DNA of 64,000 nt from positions 13,826,001-13,890,000 of the forward strand of contig OZ365112.1 in assembly GCA_977030845.1 (NCBI GenBank), given 5' to 3'. This document shows positions 1 through 12,938 of this stretch, in pieces. The notes under the pieces are model-generated. The model was not told the DNA's origin. It made no database searches and worked only from the letters and a program-made list of their open reading frames with translations. Source of the stretch: Fimbriosthenelais zetlandica (lineage: Eukaryota). The position numbers and the translations under genes were made by a program. Numbering within the stretch: the stretch's first letter is position 1; the number at the start of each line of letters is the position of its first letter.

Positions 1-3000
1 ATCATCTCCATTATGGGGAATCATAAATATCGCCCCTATCTATAATAAATATATTTCCGTCTGACATCGCCTATGCCTATTAATCTGCCTGTGATAGTGG
101 AGGTAGGAGGTATAATCTGTCTTCATGAGACGATATATTGAATGCCTACAGGTGTGCGACGGCGCTAATCCAAGCTTCTACGTACTCATACATTCTATAT
201 CCACAAAAATTAGATATTTGACTTCAAATGACGAACTTCAAATCTATATTATAGAGAACCTTGGGCCGTGTAGAAATGCCGCTATTGTACGAATACGAAT
301 AATTTAATTACCATTTTACTTATTTCATATTGCGATAATCAATAGCATTATTTATGCAGCAACTTAAATTTTGCTCGGGATTTCGGGTCTGTATTGATTC
401 TGTGGGAAAACACTGTATCCGTTGCTTTAGGTTTGTGCGTGGATTCTATCAAGTTAAATGAAGTTTAGAGGCAAAACTTGGCGAGAGACAAAACACGCGT
501 TAATGTTAGAAACTTGTTGATGAATGTTTTGCCCTGCTACTTTTCAACCTCTGGTAATTACATGGCCACCTTGCCTGGGGTTCAAACCTTCAAAACAAAA
601 CACCCATTGTGTGGTGAATTAACTTTAAACGAGACCCCGTCTGTTTTTTCTCACGTCCTGGACAACCCCACTTTGAAGTCGGGCTGATCCCCATGCAACT
701 CCTCAGAGAGCAAGTCAGACATTAGGATAAATTAAAAACCAGCGTCAGAATCTAGACTTTCAAAGAGTTCCCCCTTGACTCTTTCAAGCTGCCACAGAGA
801 GATTTAAGTTTACGAGGGAAGAATCTTTTCTCTTCAGTTCAATCGGTATTCAGCCCCGCGCCAAAAGCAATCGTCCATTTGCGCTGGGTGAGAAATGCCC
901 AGGCCAAAGCCCATGTCAGAAGTTTTTAAAAACCCCTCCACATTAATCAAGCTCTTTCAACAGGCGGCTCGCTCTCCCGGGGTATCTCCGAAGAGGAATG
1001 AATAAATAACTTGGAAGGCGAGATGAATTTTGAGAGGGGAAAAATGGATGCTGGGGCATTGATACAATTCTCAGATGCGACAGGCAATGAATGGTGAAAG
1101 GCTAGGTTGGGAGCAGGTATCCAGCAAGACTGACTACCACTGTGGCGCTAGCTTGTGTTCCACACAAAGCCAAGTTTTTTTTCATCTATTTCATCTGTCT
1201 CCATTGCCACTTTTGACCATTAATATTTTCGTTATCTCGCAGTGCCATGTTTTTTGTTGCGAAATAGAAATAAAATGGACGAATTGTTTTATAGGTCCAT
1301 GAATTTCGATATCATTGGTATACCTACCCTACTGCGGAGTCCGTTTTAAATTTTGGAATATAATGTGGGAGGATTTGCATTTTAATCTATATCCATATCA
1401 TAGACTGCCAAGCTTTTCAAAATATCACCCGAAACAGCTGCTAGCTGCATGGCCTTTCTTATTATATCGTCTTTGTGGACGAAATGATTTTTTCGTACAT
1501 ATCATGATTTTGATATATTTATCCGCAACAGACGGTTATCTACCAAGACATATGTTCCATGTACTATTCTTTTTTCCCCCTACTTTTTTCTGTTCATATT
1601 CATAATCGCCATACCGTTTTCAGCTGGATTACTACATAGCTAAATAACGGTCTTTTTAGCTACTGTGTCATTATTAAAATTGCCTAAGCAATAATTCCAA
1701 CTGTTAACCTTTGTCATGGGAGAATATGGTAGAACCAGTGCCGTGAAAACTATTTTTAAACCCGCGACCTCCGGGTACGAAAGCTGAATTTATAACCGAG
1801 TTGGCTGACTGTGCCTCCACACATGGATTAACCCTTTAGCTTTCTTCATTCTATGAATAAATAGGACATCCTGTGGTTGGCCATTGGGGATGAGGTGACC
1901 ATTAAGATTAGTCGCGGATAATCCTTCACTGGACGACCCAGGAGGCCGCCAAGAATCAAAGGTCTGGACCAGTAGGCCCAGCTATTTACCTCCGCCACTA
2001 TATTTAGATTCGCCTTCTATTTCTGGCACGCGATGGCACAATCGAAGTCCGAATTATTTCGAATTTAATATTTTGTCAAATAATATACAGAGGAATTTCC
2101 TTTACGGTTCACTCAGTTTCCCCAAACCCCCGAAATCAAGGTTTTAAATCCTATGATGTCGAGCGCATATATATCCCGTATTTCAAAGAGAATCCGTACC
2201 CCATATATTCAGCGTCCGACGCCGTCGCTCTCATCCAAATAGAATCTAGCAAACGAATATACATGTACAGTGAACGGCTTCAAACTAGGAATTTTTCTTA
2301 AATGCTGAACTGAATATTTATCTTTTTTCTTAATCCATGCTTTGTTATATTTTCCATGGTTTTCAACGCATCGGCTCAGGTCCGAGGCTACCCTTACCTA
2401 TACTATATGTATCATAGGGGTGAATATTTAGTACGCCTGTAATAGGGGATCTACTCTAGATCTATGTATGGATTTTAAGCCGGCTGTCTGTGGTTTGTTT
2501 TGGTAAATTCATGGTTAGACTGCCCGCGGCAAGGCGTCCTAGTCTGGGCAGGAGACGGGGCAGCAGCAGCAGGAGGAACAGGGGGAGCAGATGGATACTA
2601 TAAGCCTCCTCTGACCTATTTTTAAATCCCTTGTCTGGGTTCTTTTCTTCCCCATTGACCCATGCATCATCAGTCAATATCTAATTTAGATGCGCTAATA
2701 AATGAATTATCGACTCTACTTTAATATTTTAATTTTTGCCCACTTAAATGCTGCTCCTGATATGAAAAATACATTAAAAATGTAACCACAAGAAAACCCG
2801 GCACCCAACTCCTAACTACAATTATAGAATTTATGTCAGGAAAGAAGATATTCAGTAACGATCGAGTAGCTAATTGCCACAAGAAAAAGTATGCCCTAGG
2901 CGACTGAGTAAACTGGATATGCAATGAATAATTTTCAAAAAATTATGACAATCATCGAATGAGCATTTAAATTTATGAAAAGGCCTGCTATTAGCATGTA

Positions 3001-4091
3001 GCCCAGGAGCTAGAAAATTGGGAACGTGGGAAGTCTTATATAGTTTGCTGACAGCTCTAGAAACTTTTGACCAACTGTAGGAAAATACAGGTACATGTAG
3101 AAAGCAAGTAAAAAGTTAAGAAGGAAAGGGAGGAAAATCCTTTTGAAATCAGAAACTCCGCAATTAATTAGCAGTTGGAAGTCGTGCATTACTTAAGTAT
3201 AGCAGAGTTTCTGTCATTGCCGCTAGATCAAAATGTTTAATAAAATCCAATTCCTTTGGCATCAAAGTCCTGGAAATCCTTCGACTTAGTTCACTTAGGC
3301 AGCAATAAAAACAGCCAATAAACAAGTTTATATCAGCCTTCAAGTCCGCCGCTATGCTTCACGTGCAATAAAATGGCAGCGAGGTCATGAGTCACATGCA
3401 TCACGCCAGGCAGTGATAAATATGAGAGCAACAGGTGGGCTGGGTCATGTAGCATGACCATACATGTAAATCACCACCATAGATGAGCAGATAATATGAT
3501 ATCATACATAGATAACATACACTATCATATCGCCCCATGCATCTACCTCAAACTTCGATTTCTGTATATTTTTAGGCGGAGAAAAGAAAAAGTCGTGGCC
3601 ATGAATCTTTTGGTCCATGAATTGATTTAATTGGGTCATGATTCATTAGAGGGCCCTAATCGTGAAAAGGGAGGGAAAATGGGTGATTTATTGTTCATTG
3701 CCATTAGGACTAATCATAAAATTGTCATGCTAATATTCAAACCATTAAAGGAAATTATACTTGCAAGGGAATGCTTTGGAAGGTTTAAAAATGAATTCAT
3801 CATCACGATTCATTTCATTTTTCATTCTCACAAAATATATAATACCCTGAATCTGGAGTTTCTATAGTGATGAAGACTCAAACTTGATGCAAAATGAAAA
3901 CAAATATGAGCCCTGGGTAGGCTGTGGGATGAGGGGGCAATCCATAAGGTGGGGAACCTTCCAAAGGTAAGGCAAACATCTCCCACCACCTCATCCCTAT
4001 GCTAATGAGAACATGTGACCGTGGCTGACCTATCAGTGGAGTTTGGCCAGCATAAAAGTCTGAAGGGGGAATCTTTATGACCCCTGGGAAA

Positions 4092-4118
4092 GTCACGTGC
4101 GCGTCAGCAGCCAATGAG
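4092..4118 (+). promoter_or_regulatory. E-box (GTCACGTG) plus NF-Y CCAAT box module
   Basis: GTCACGTG at 4092-4099 (USF/MiT/SREBP-type E-box) and AGCCAATGAG at 4109-4118, with 11 nt between CACGTG and CCAAT. Motif match only. Confidence 0.35.
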
Positions 4119-5300
4119 AGGGGCGAGCTGGGTGCTCATAACGGTACTTGGGCCCGCTATGGGAGAGGTATAGGGAGGACGAGCAAGTTTGGCCCATCAG
4201 TGCAATTCTCCAGCAAATTGCCAATCCTTGGGGAATCCATTCATCATTTTTGATCATATATAGGAAAGTTTAAGGCAAAAACATATAGGACCTGGTTTAT
4301 TTCATGGGACCTTTATTTATTTGTGGGTTTTCTTTATAAGTAATTTAAAATCACGAGCATTTCTTTTATACTTTAATTCATTCACTATGAAATGTATTAT
4401 CATAATAATATTTTATTATTGAGTTTCCTTTTTCATCTTGGTAGTATTTTACTTTCAAGGGGGAGTCTGTGCGGAATATTAAGTTTTTTGGCTCAAAGGT
4501 AAAAAGGAAAGAAGCGAGTTGGCAATATGCATTATGGGATTAATTCATTTGGTGGAAAAATATGAGAGCATGGCCGGCAGATCCCAGTGGTATGCATACA
4601 CATGGCATTGCACTGACTCACCCCAGCCTGAGAGAAAAGGAAGTGTGGGAGGGCGGTGCTTCCACTGCGACAAGATGAGAATGCAAAAAGAGGGATTAAT
4701 TGTAATGTATGGTGCTTAGAGAGGGGCGAGTGGTGGGGGTGGTGGTAGGATGGAATTTATATTTTATTGCCATTGGATGATTGGAGGGAAGACAATGGCT
4801 GGTGCTGGTGGTGGGGTTTGGAAGAGGGGGGCGGGGTTGCTTACGACTGGACAGAAAGAGTTGCTAATTTTGTTGGATAAGAACTGGTAGTGTATTGGGA
4901 AAATGAAGCTTGATTAGAGGCAAATTATGATATGAACGATTTGAAATTTTACTTATTTTGGGGTTTAGGATACGATAATGCCATATATTTATATGACCCT
5001 CTATCCTCAGGTTATTCAACCATTTAATTTTTCATCCTATAGGCCTAATTCTCTTTGCTGGAGAAGTTTTGAAGTTGGTATATGGTGTGAAAAGTTTATC
5101 CGTGCCTGTAATTGAGTGTTTTATTAATACAGGTGGGTGCAGGGGGTGATGCAGGTGTGGGCGGTGCTGGTGCTGGTGCCGCATGACTGGTGCATTGGTG
5201 CAATCATTCCTGGTACAACACTGGGTGCTGAACGGAGGCTGGCAAAAGATATTGACAAGAAGAAGATTATATGAACCAGGATCCTCCCACTCCCGGGGGT

Positions 5301-5332
5301 CCACACCACCACCACCACCCACCCACCACCAC
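5301..5332. repeat. (CCA)n/(CCAC)n low-complexity tract
   Basis: ccacaccaccaccaccacccacccaccaccac, followed by a pyrimidine tract to about 5416. It explains the His/Pro-rich ORFs in this region. Confidence 0.8.
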
Positions 5333-5483
5333 TTCACTCCCCTCTTCTTGTACCTCTGCATTCTGGGAACCTCCTCTCTGCATCTTCCCTTCTCTCATCA
5401 CCTCCTCTCCTTCCAGAATATTCCTGAGACAGAACCTGCATTCTTATATAAATGGGTTGGCCTCTGCTCATTATATCAGCCTC

Positions 5484-5493
5484 GTCACGTGAC
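5484..5493. promoter_or_regulatory. Palindromic GTCACGTGAC (CLEAR/USF-type extended E-box)
   Basis: Exact 10-bp match. It is a single isolated site. Confidence 0.25.
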
Positions 5494-7854
5494 TGTCATG
5501 GGTTCAATGCCAGCAGCCACCACTAAAGGCACCACCCACCACCACCACTACAGGCACCACACCCCCATATTATACCTGAATGGGAACTGCCGCCACTGAC
5601 CGCAAGGGCAACTCAAGGCACAACACAGGCTCACATAGCACCACGCAAAAAAATCTCCACTTGAAAAACTAATCAACCGTGAGAAACTCGGGGTGAAAAG
5701 GACAATTTTTTTGCCCAAGAATAAGTCCCAGGACGGACATTTCCGAGTCTGGGAATTCCAGATGAAATAGGTAAGTGGTGGAGTGGTAATTTTTGGTGGC
5801 GCTTGTGCATGTGGGTGGCTGGTGAGGTGGAGGAGGAGGAGGTGGGAGAGGAGAGGAGGAGGGGGTTCATATTGTGGTGAGAGACGTGTCAATGGAATGC
5901 TGGGTGACACGAAAGGACAAACCAAGGGGCACAGGCGTCTAATACGCTATTACTGGAACTCACACTTCACTCACGGTAAAAATAGCATTCTTGTCAGCTG
6001 TAAACTTGTTTATGGATTTAATATTCGTGTCTGTGTGGCCGTACACCTTGTATGCATGATATTTTCGTTGTCTCTTGTGCACGTTACTACGCATGTGTCA
6101 AGCATGCTTCACATACATGAAAGGTGACTGAGGCGTGCCTCAAACTTTGGGGCTTTACACTGAGGGAGTTTTTGAATGTCTGTTTCGTTAATTTTGGCTG
6201 GGAATGCAGTCATAATGCCTCTTTGTATAATTTTCTCCTGAATCACCCATATTTGGCATGGATATTCCGGTGATAAATCTGTCTGCATTCTGCACCCGTT
6301 TGACCTGTCTAGAGCTTCTGTGCATGGAACGCTATATACAGCTCCTGCAGGATATTGAAATCCAAGAATGTCGTACGAAAGCTCATTGCGCGACCGATCC
6401 CCTCCTGTATTTTCATATTTTGACGTAATCTGCCTAGAATTCGTGGGAATCCCCCTTATCTCCCCTCCACATATTCCTACGCCTCATTTTGACACGTTTT
6501 CTGGGTCACTGCGACCTGGTTTTGACCTAAAAACAAGTACCAAACATGTGAGCTCCGCCATTTTGAAATGTGGAATTCTGGGTGTGGATTCCTTCCGCCC
6601 GAGCAAAGCATCGGCAAAATATTGTCGATGGAACGAATTCAAATCGCTGATTCCTATCGAACTGTCTGGAATTTGGATGCATAGGTTTAGAATCAGCGGA
6701 GATATCGTTTCTAATGACTTTTCCCACTAATGACAGGGCATTATGTTGATAGCTGCGGTAGAGGGGCCCCTTCTCCCCTCGTTGTTGGTCTACCCATGGC
6801 CGGACCTCCCGGCCGCCCGTTCACAATGTACTTTTACGTCTATCTTTAGCCTGTTTTTCAACATTCTGACCCATTTCAGACGACTTTCAATACATTTTTC
6901 CTCCATTACTGCCCACCTTATTCCACCAGTCTAGTTTGTATTATTCATGAGAAGAATTTGTTTAAAATTCTCATCATTTCGTTCTGCACTATACCCGTGC
7001 TGCGTCCCTGATGTCCCCAGAGATGCTCCTCAAGCTCGTGCCCTTCGCTCGAGATAACGAAATCGAACACAGAGTGAACCAAAATACACTGATTTCCATT
7101 TTTAAACGCAAACTTCGGTGTCATTTAGACCTACCATAGAGCCACTCTTTATGAAAAATAATTTTAGACCTAAATTTTTTTCTTCCGTCATCCAAAATCA
7201 CAGATAGACTCAGAGTGCATTATATTATATTCTTAATGTATATTCCTCTTTAATGTAATATATTCAATACTTATGGTTCCTTGACAACGGGGAACCCTGC
7301 CTCCTTGAACCGAACGCACTTAGTTTCATAAACTTGTCTTTTTAAGCAGCGTACATGTTTTATGCAATCCCATGGGATTGGGATTCATTTCCTGTTCTAA
7401 AAACACCTCTAAGTTTATAGTCCATTCACACTTTTTTTAAAGAAAAAGACTCAAGTCTTCCTTTCTTTTATGCAATGCATTTGCAGACAAGTCAGTGATA
7501 AATTACTCTTTCCCTCTCGAGGATCCTTTAAAAAAGAAAGTTCCTACATATCAATTTATCCAAGATAGCCGGATGAATAGGGTATCAGATTAATTTGTAT
7601 TCTGTTTTTACGTGAACTATATATCACTTCCTATAGGAGACTGATTGCTACATTTAGTTGACCCTTTTCATATCTTTTTTTCCCTGTTACATTATTGTCA
7701 TTACGAGGAAAAGAAAAACACATAGGCCTATTAGGAAATGTGATCATATATATGTACACTCATCATTCCACAGAATCATTTTTATCTGCCATGCTTTTAT
7801 AAAACTTCTGATTGCAATTATTGCAACGGTCAGATTATAAATGATATAGTGTAA

Positions 7855-7983
7855 AGCCTGGATTCCACCTATCCGATTATCGGGTCAAAATTGATCGGAT
7901 CCGATTTTTGTAGGTCTTTTTGCCTACAAAAAATCGGATCCGATCAATTTTGACCCGATAATCGTATAGGTGGAATCCAGGCT
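7855..7983. mobile_element. 129-bp fold-back MITE, probably non-autonomous PIF/Harbinger (Tourist-like)
   Basis: The left arm 7855-7914 (agcctggattccacctatccgattatcgggtcaaaattgatcggatccgatttttgtagg) is the reverse complement of the right arm 7923-7983, apart from one mismatch and a 1-nt indel in the T/A run. The loop is 8 nt (tctttttg). TAA flanks both ends (7852-7854, 7984-7986). A 3-bp TAA/TTA target-site duplication is characteristic of PIF/Harbinger elements. Confidence 0.8.
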
Positions 7984-10900
7984 TAAGCTGGTTAAGGCCC
8001 ACTTCCATCTTAGAAAATTTACGGAAAACAGTTACATGTAGTTTCCTTCTTTTCTGACCTGCAAAAATACCCACAAGCGTCGGCCAACTTTCTTGGGGGA
8101 AAGTGAATTTTCTCCGAGTAACCACCTGTGAAGTGCTAATCTTTAGGCCCACCCACTGGGATACATGTATAGAGGAATGAAGTTATTTATTATCTTCATG
8201 AATCATTTACTGATATTAATGCTGGGTCACACATCCATCGTTAGAGACTGACAGTTTGTGACCCGGGCACAATTAGTTCCAGGTCATAACAATTAATCCA
8301 TTTGTATCTACCATGTCCAAACCATTAGACTTTAGCAGCGCCCGGTTTAACTATTTCCTACTATTTTATCTACATGTATACTGCCTTCCTAAATCCCATC
8401 CGTCTTTCAAAATTATGAAATAGGCTGAGAAGGGCTAATATAAAAATGGAAAGATGTCCTTAACTATTGTTAATATTTTAAACTAAGAATAACTCCTAGA
8501 AATGAACGGATGAAAAATTGACTCTACTGTATCTTGCAAGCGTATGGGGAAAGTTTACTTTTCGGGGAGGTCTGGACATGGAGGAAAGTTTGTCAATGAT
8601 GACAGGAGTAAATCATCGATTAATGCATCTGTATGGGAGGGGACAATTAATCGAAGATGAAGTTTCTACATGAGTTGTAATGTTGGTGTAAAATTCGGGG
8701 CCCTCATTAGCAAAACAAAGTTCATAGTTCACAAGTTGATGTGGGTGCAAAGATCAAATACACACTGGGGTGCTATCAAAAGTTCATGGTGATCTTAATT
8801 TGGATATATCCACAAAGGTCAACTAAGAGATCATCATAAAAAGTCTTGTCACTCTGACAGTTTTTAGTCGGGTCTACTGATAAGGTCATAGAAGGCTTTT
8901 CAGGCTACAAAAAGTTTTCTTTATTGCATTCCCAGGAACGAAAAGACCAATACACAATAAGAAAAAACTTTCAGAAAAAAATATACCAATATAAGGGGTA
9001 GTCCCAGTTGAGTTATTTCGGGCAAAAGACAGAATTAAACACATTTACTACATTTATCCCCCATATATTTCATAGTGAGCGACTGTTTTAAATTATTGTA
9101 GTGGTGTACATGCCTACCTCTATGGCTAAAGACCTAGATGTCTCTCCAATTTGTGACAGAGGGGAACTCAACTAGGACTGAACGAAAATAGAATTTGCCT
9201 GGTTTTGGCCATGTCCCATATGGACAGAAAACTATCCCTGTTATTATACTTGTGTCCTTTAGGTGTTCCCCAGGAGATGACAGGGATGTTTTCTGGTGAT
9301 TGATTTTCCCACGTGTCTGGTTGTAGACAGAGAAAGGCTAAGGGCATAGTCGCCATCTTGTTTCTCTATCCACGTATACCTCCTCTCTCCTTCCATAATA
9401 TCCACCACCACACCCAACACACAACGGCAATACCCACTTAACACACACCACCGACCTTTTGAACCAACTCTCATCCTCTGTCTATATTTTCTTTCCTCCA
9501 ATATCGCTGCCATATCTGAATGGCACCTTCCAAAAATGGTGAGTACACACCCGTTTCTATGTCCCTTTATGTTTTCCTTGCATGTGGGGACGGATGGATT
9601 ATTTTGGAACGCTCGTTTTTCTTCCACGTCATGTGGCCCTTTCCTCACGTGAGAGTGTTTTCGGTGTTTCTATATGCCATTTTCGTTTTGTTTTGTTCTT
9701 TTTAACCACTTTTCTTTCTGCACTTTTTCGTATAGAAAGTAGGCTCACTTCACACTGCTTTGAATTAGAATGGATATTTTCCTGGAGAGGTATAATTTCA
9801 ATATGGTCTATAGTTTTGTGGTCCAATTTTTTGCTTTCTAGTCCTTCTCCTATTTCTGATATTTCATTCATCACTTTTAGTGTCATCTATTTTTGCTTTG
9901 CTGAATATATTTTAGTTTAATTCCCATGCAAACTGCAGGTTTCCACTTTCATTTCATGTTTTATAAGCAGTTTGCACCCAATGGCACAGATATATGCATG
10001 CATATAATAATATCCTTTGCTAATTAATTTATCATCTCGTTATCTTGACTTTCTATAAAAATACGGACTATAAAAATGGCTGCCCCTCCTGCAGATAGTG
10101 GCTTGCCAATATCTTATATGTCTGCTAATTTATTCTCCATCAGATCTCCCTGATAAAACTGCTCTGGGGAATTTAGCCTTGTGTAATACAAGTCTGACTT
10201 GAAGTATATTAAGTCATGCTTTTGCAGTTTGGCAGATTATATGAACATTCTTAGGCTGAATATTTTCGTTAAATGCATTGAAATTATGCCCATTAACACC
10301 AGTAATATTTCGTGCGTCAACTAGGCGACTAGAATTTCTGTTTAAATCCTGAAGGGTTGTCCCCTTTGCATTGAGGTTTTAAAAAAAATGCAAACCGGTT
10401 TTGAGGTTATTTTAGATACAAGAAGTTGTTGGGTGAATTTAATAGAGCACAAATGGTGTGACATGGTATGTAGTTAAACGCAAAAAAAAATAACCCTTAT
10501 AATGGGATGATTGTTAAAAGCCTATCAGAGAAAAGTGTTAGCCCCTAGAGGCCTATATGATTGTATCACTGTAGAGAATCTTGATGGATGTTTTAGCGCA
10601 ACTTTGGTTTGGAACAGTTCCATTTTGTCTTTTTCTTTCACGAATATTCATCACCATATATGGTGTTAACATTGCTATGTCAAACCTTTACTTACCATGA
10701 AACCTGGTTTACATGTCTATACCAAAAGCGAAAGAAATATTAGATTAATTAGAAAGGCTATAGTAGCCCAGATTCTTAGCCGAATCAAATAAGTTCGATT
10801 GATGCTCAGTATGTCACCCACACATAATGTAACGCATAACTCCACGTCAGATGCCAACGAAAAAAAGTCTAAAGACGGTAGAAAGGAGAGGAGAGGTGAA

Positions 10901-12494
10901 GGACATTCTGACACTACTACAGAGTGAATCCTCCTGACCGGCGACAGAAAAAAAAGGTGGAGGAGAGATGGAGAAAAAGAGAAAGAAGATGGATAGAGCA
11001 CGTTTACCCTGTAGAACCGAGCGAGTGTTGTAAGCTCACCACTCAGTCCTCAGGGCGTATGTATTCTATCCTAATCACTGAGACAGACAAGGGTACACAT
11101 ACCAGCCTATATAAATATAGACTACAACAATCAGCTTTCCCCTGCCTTCATCTATTGTCTACCAGATTCCTCAGTGGAGTATAGGCCGTCCCTCCTGTCT
11201 CTACCATTGTTTCTTGCCTATTCAACCCCCACATCCATCACTAACATAATACGTATAGCTTCTAATACTCAGCACTGCCCATGGATCAGTCAACGGAAAA
11301 TAGCCAGCCTTCCCTTATTCTAATGTTCAATAATTTACTATTTATCTATGAATACTGATAGGGGAAAGATATAAACTTAAGAGAAGTGGAATTAGGTTCT
11401 GTTTTTCCTGCAATATTGTCCTTGTTACATTGTTGGTCCTGAAATTGCTGAGGGTGCGCTGCCCCAGGAATTTTATTGGAATGATTTAAGAAGAGCGTCT
11501 GTATTATATTGTTTAAATAAAAAAAATATTTGTAAAAATACAGGAAAGTCATGTTATGCCTTGTATCTTGGCTCCCTACAATGTGGAGAAAATCGATCGA
11601 AAACGTTTGAGGAGATTTGATAATATTCATCATGTGATAATCTTGTAAGAGAAAAGATACCTCAGTAAAGTTCTAGAAATCTCGTACTCTCACACGTCCG
11701 TCATGCCACGAGGGAAATGCAAATCAAATTAATTTAAACCCACAGAAATACATCACCCAAACTGTTTTTACCCATTTAAATGGCTATGTCCTCCCAAGGG
11801 TACAACACTGTGACCAATTTAATTCCTACATGAATATTTGATTCAAAAAGGTGTTTTGCACTCGTGAGTGTAATCGTGCAGTTGTAAGGAATATAAATTA
11901 TAAGGATTTACTGGAGGGAATTAGTGAGGACCTTTGGGTCCAATTCAAGCCCAGTGTCTGGTATTCGAGAGGTCAGAATCGTTCTTTTTTTTTTATAATC
12001 TATGCTCCTGAAACAGACCCCACCGGTTCTTTTCTCGGGGAAACCCGCGTTACATTAGCCGTTATGACATCTTGATATCGTAGCTAATATTGTACACGCG
12101 TTTTTCTTGAAAGGGGTAAAGACAATAGAAGTTTTTGGACGTTAAAAATAGTTACGGTAACTAAATTATCGTATAAAATGGTTATGAAATACCCCGGTGA
12201 ACTACATGTCGCGCATCTTTTACATAAACGACCTAGGCCCCTGATGTTCTTAAGTGAACGGGGAAAAAGAAACTCTTAAGCAGATTAAGAAAAAATCCAT
12301 ACTTATATTTGCGGAGTAATTAATATTCCCAATTAGGACCCTGGTGGATAATGATTTTTAGTAAAAAGGTAGAGAAAAAATCCATTTTTGCCGAAAATTG
12401 CCCTCAACCCCGGCCATTTTCCCTGGATACGGTTGACCTACTTTCAAACGGCACCTGTGAAGGAGGTAGACCGTAGCTCAAAGGGAGCCCTCTG

Positions 12495-12534
12495 ATTGGC
12501 AGAGGGCCACGTGAAGTTGAAAACCTTTTATATA
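12495..12534 (+). promoter_or_regulatory. Candidate core promoter: inverted CCAAT, E-box, TATA-like box
   Basis: ATTGG at 12495-12499, CACGTG at 12508-12513 and TTTATATA at 12527-12534, about 53 nt before an ATG in good context (gtgATGG, 12587). Confidence 0.35.
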
Positions 12535-12586
12535 GTTTCTATTAAAAAGACTCCTTCAGACAGGCAGGCATTAGATAACTCGAGTG

Positions 12587-12700
12587 ATGGCGGGCAAGAA
12601 AAGGAAACTCATGTCTCCTAACAGCTACACTTTGTTCTCCTGCCTTCAAAACAGCTTCAACTTCGATAAAAGTGAAACACGGGACACCCCAGGAAACCAA
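12587..12700 (+). CDS. Candidate first coding exon, MAGKKRKLMSPNSYTLFSCLQNSFNFDKSETRDTPGNQ (unknown product, NLS-like KKRK)
   Basis: 38 open codons from an ATG GCG start to a phase-0 donor CAA|GTGAGT (12701), followed by T-rich intron-like sequence. It is preceded by CCAAT/E-box/TATA-like motifs. No recognisable homology. Confidence 0.3.
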
Positions 12701-12812
12701 GTGAGTGACTTCTCATATTTGTCTTTCTTTGTATTTGTAACATTTTAACAAAGACTCCTGTATACATTTTGGCTATATCTGTTACTCTATACCCAGGCCT
12801 GTATATAGAATG

Positions 12813-12938
12813 TTATCAAAACTATCAACGTGTCTTATCAAACCTCATGGTCCCTGGTAATATGACAGTCATCTAATTAGTCCCTTATCATCTTATCACG
12901 GCCATATTTCAATGCACTTTTATCAATAACTGCTATCA
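12813..12938 (-). promoter_or_regulatory. Homotypic cluster of 7 co-oriented GATA sites (TGATAR on the minus strand)
   Basis: TTATCA at 12813, 12835, 12885, 12893 and 12920; CTATCA at 12822 and 12933. Confidence 0.45.

Noticed and set aside
4718-5350. Apparent long-range inverted similarity between the GGT-rich 4718-4750 and CCA-rich 5301-5350 tracts
   Set aside because: The complementarity is low-complexity only, with no specific alignment.
5032-6127. Cluster of the longest ORFs (109-138 aa) on both strands
   Set aside because: They overlap in several frames and are His/Pro/Arg/Gly-rich because of (CCA)n and (GGA)n tracts that lack stop codons. No recognisable domain.
7877-8152. 91-aa ORF over the MITE
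   Set aside because: It is incidental read-through of the palindrome, with no transposase or MADF/Myb features.
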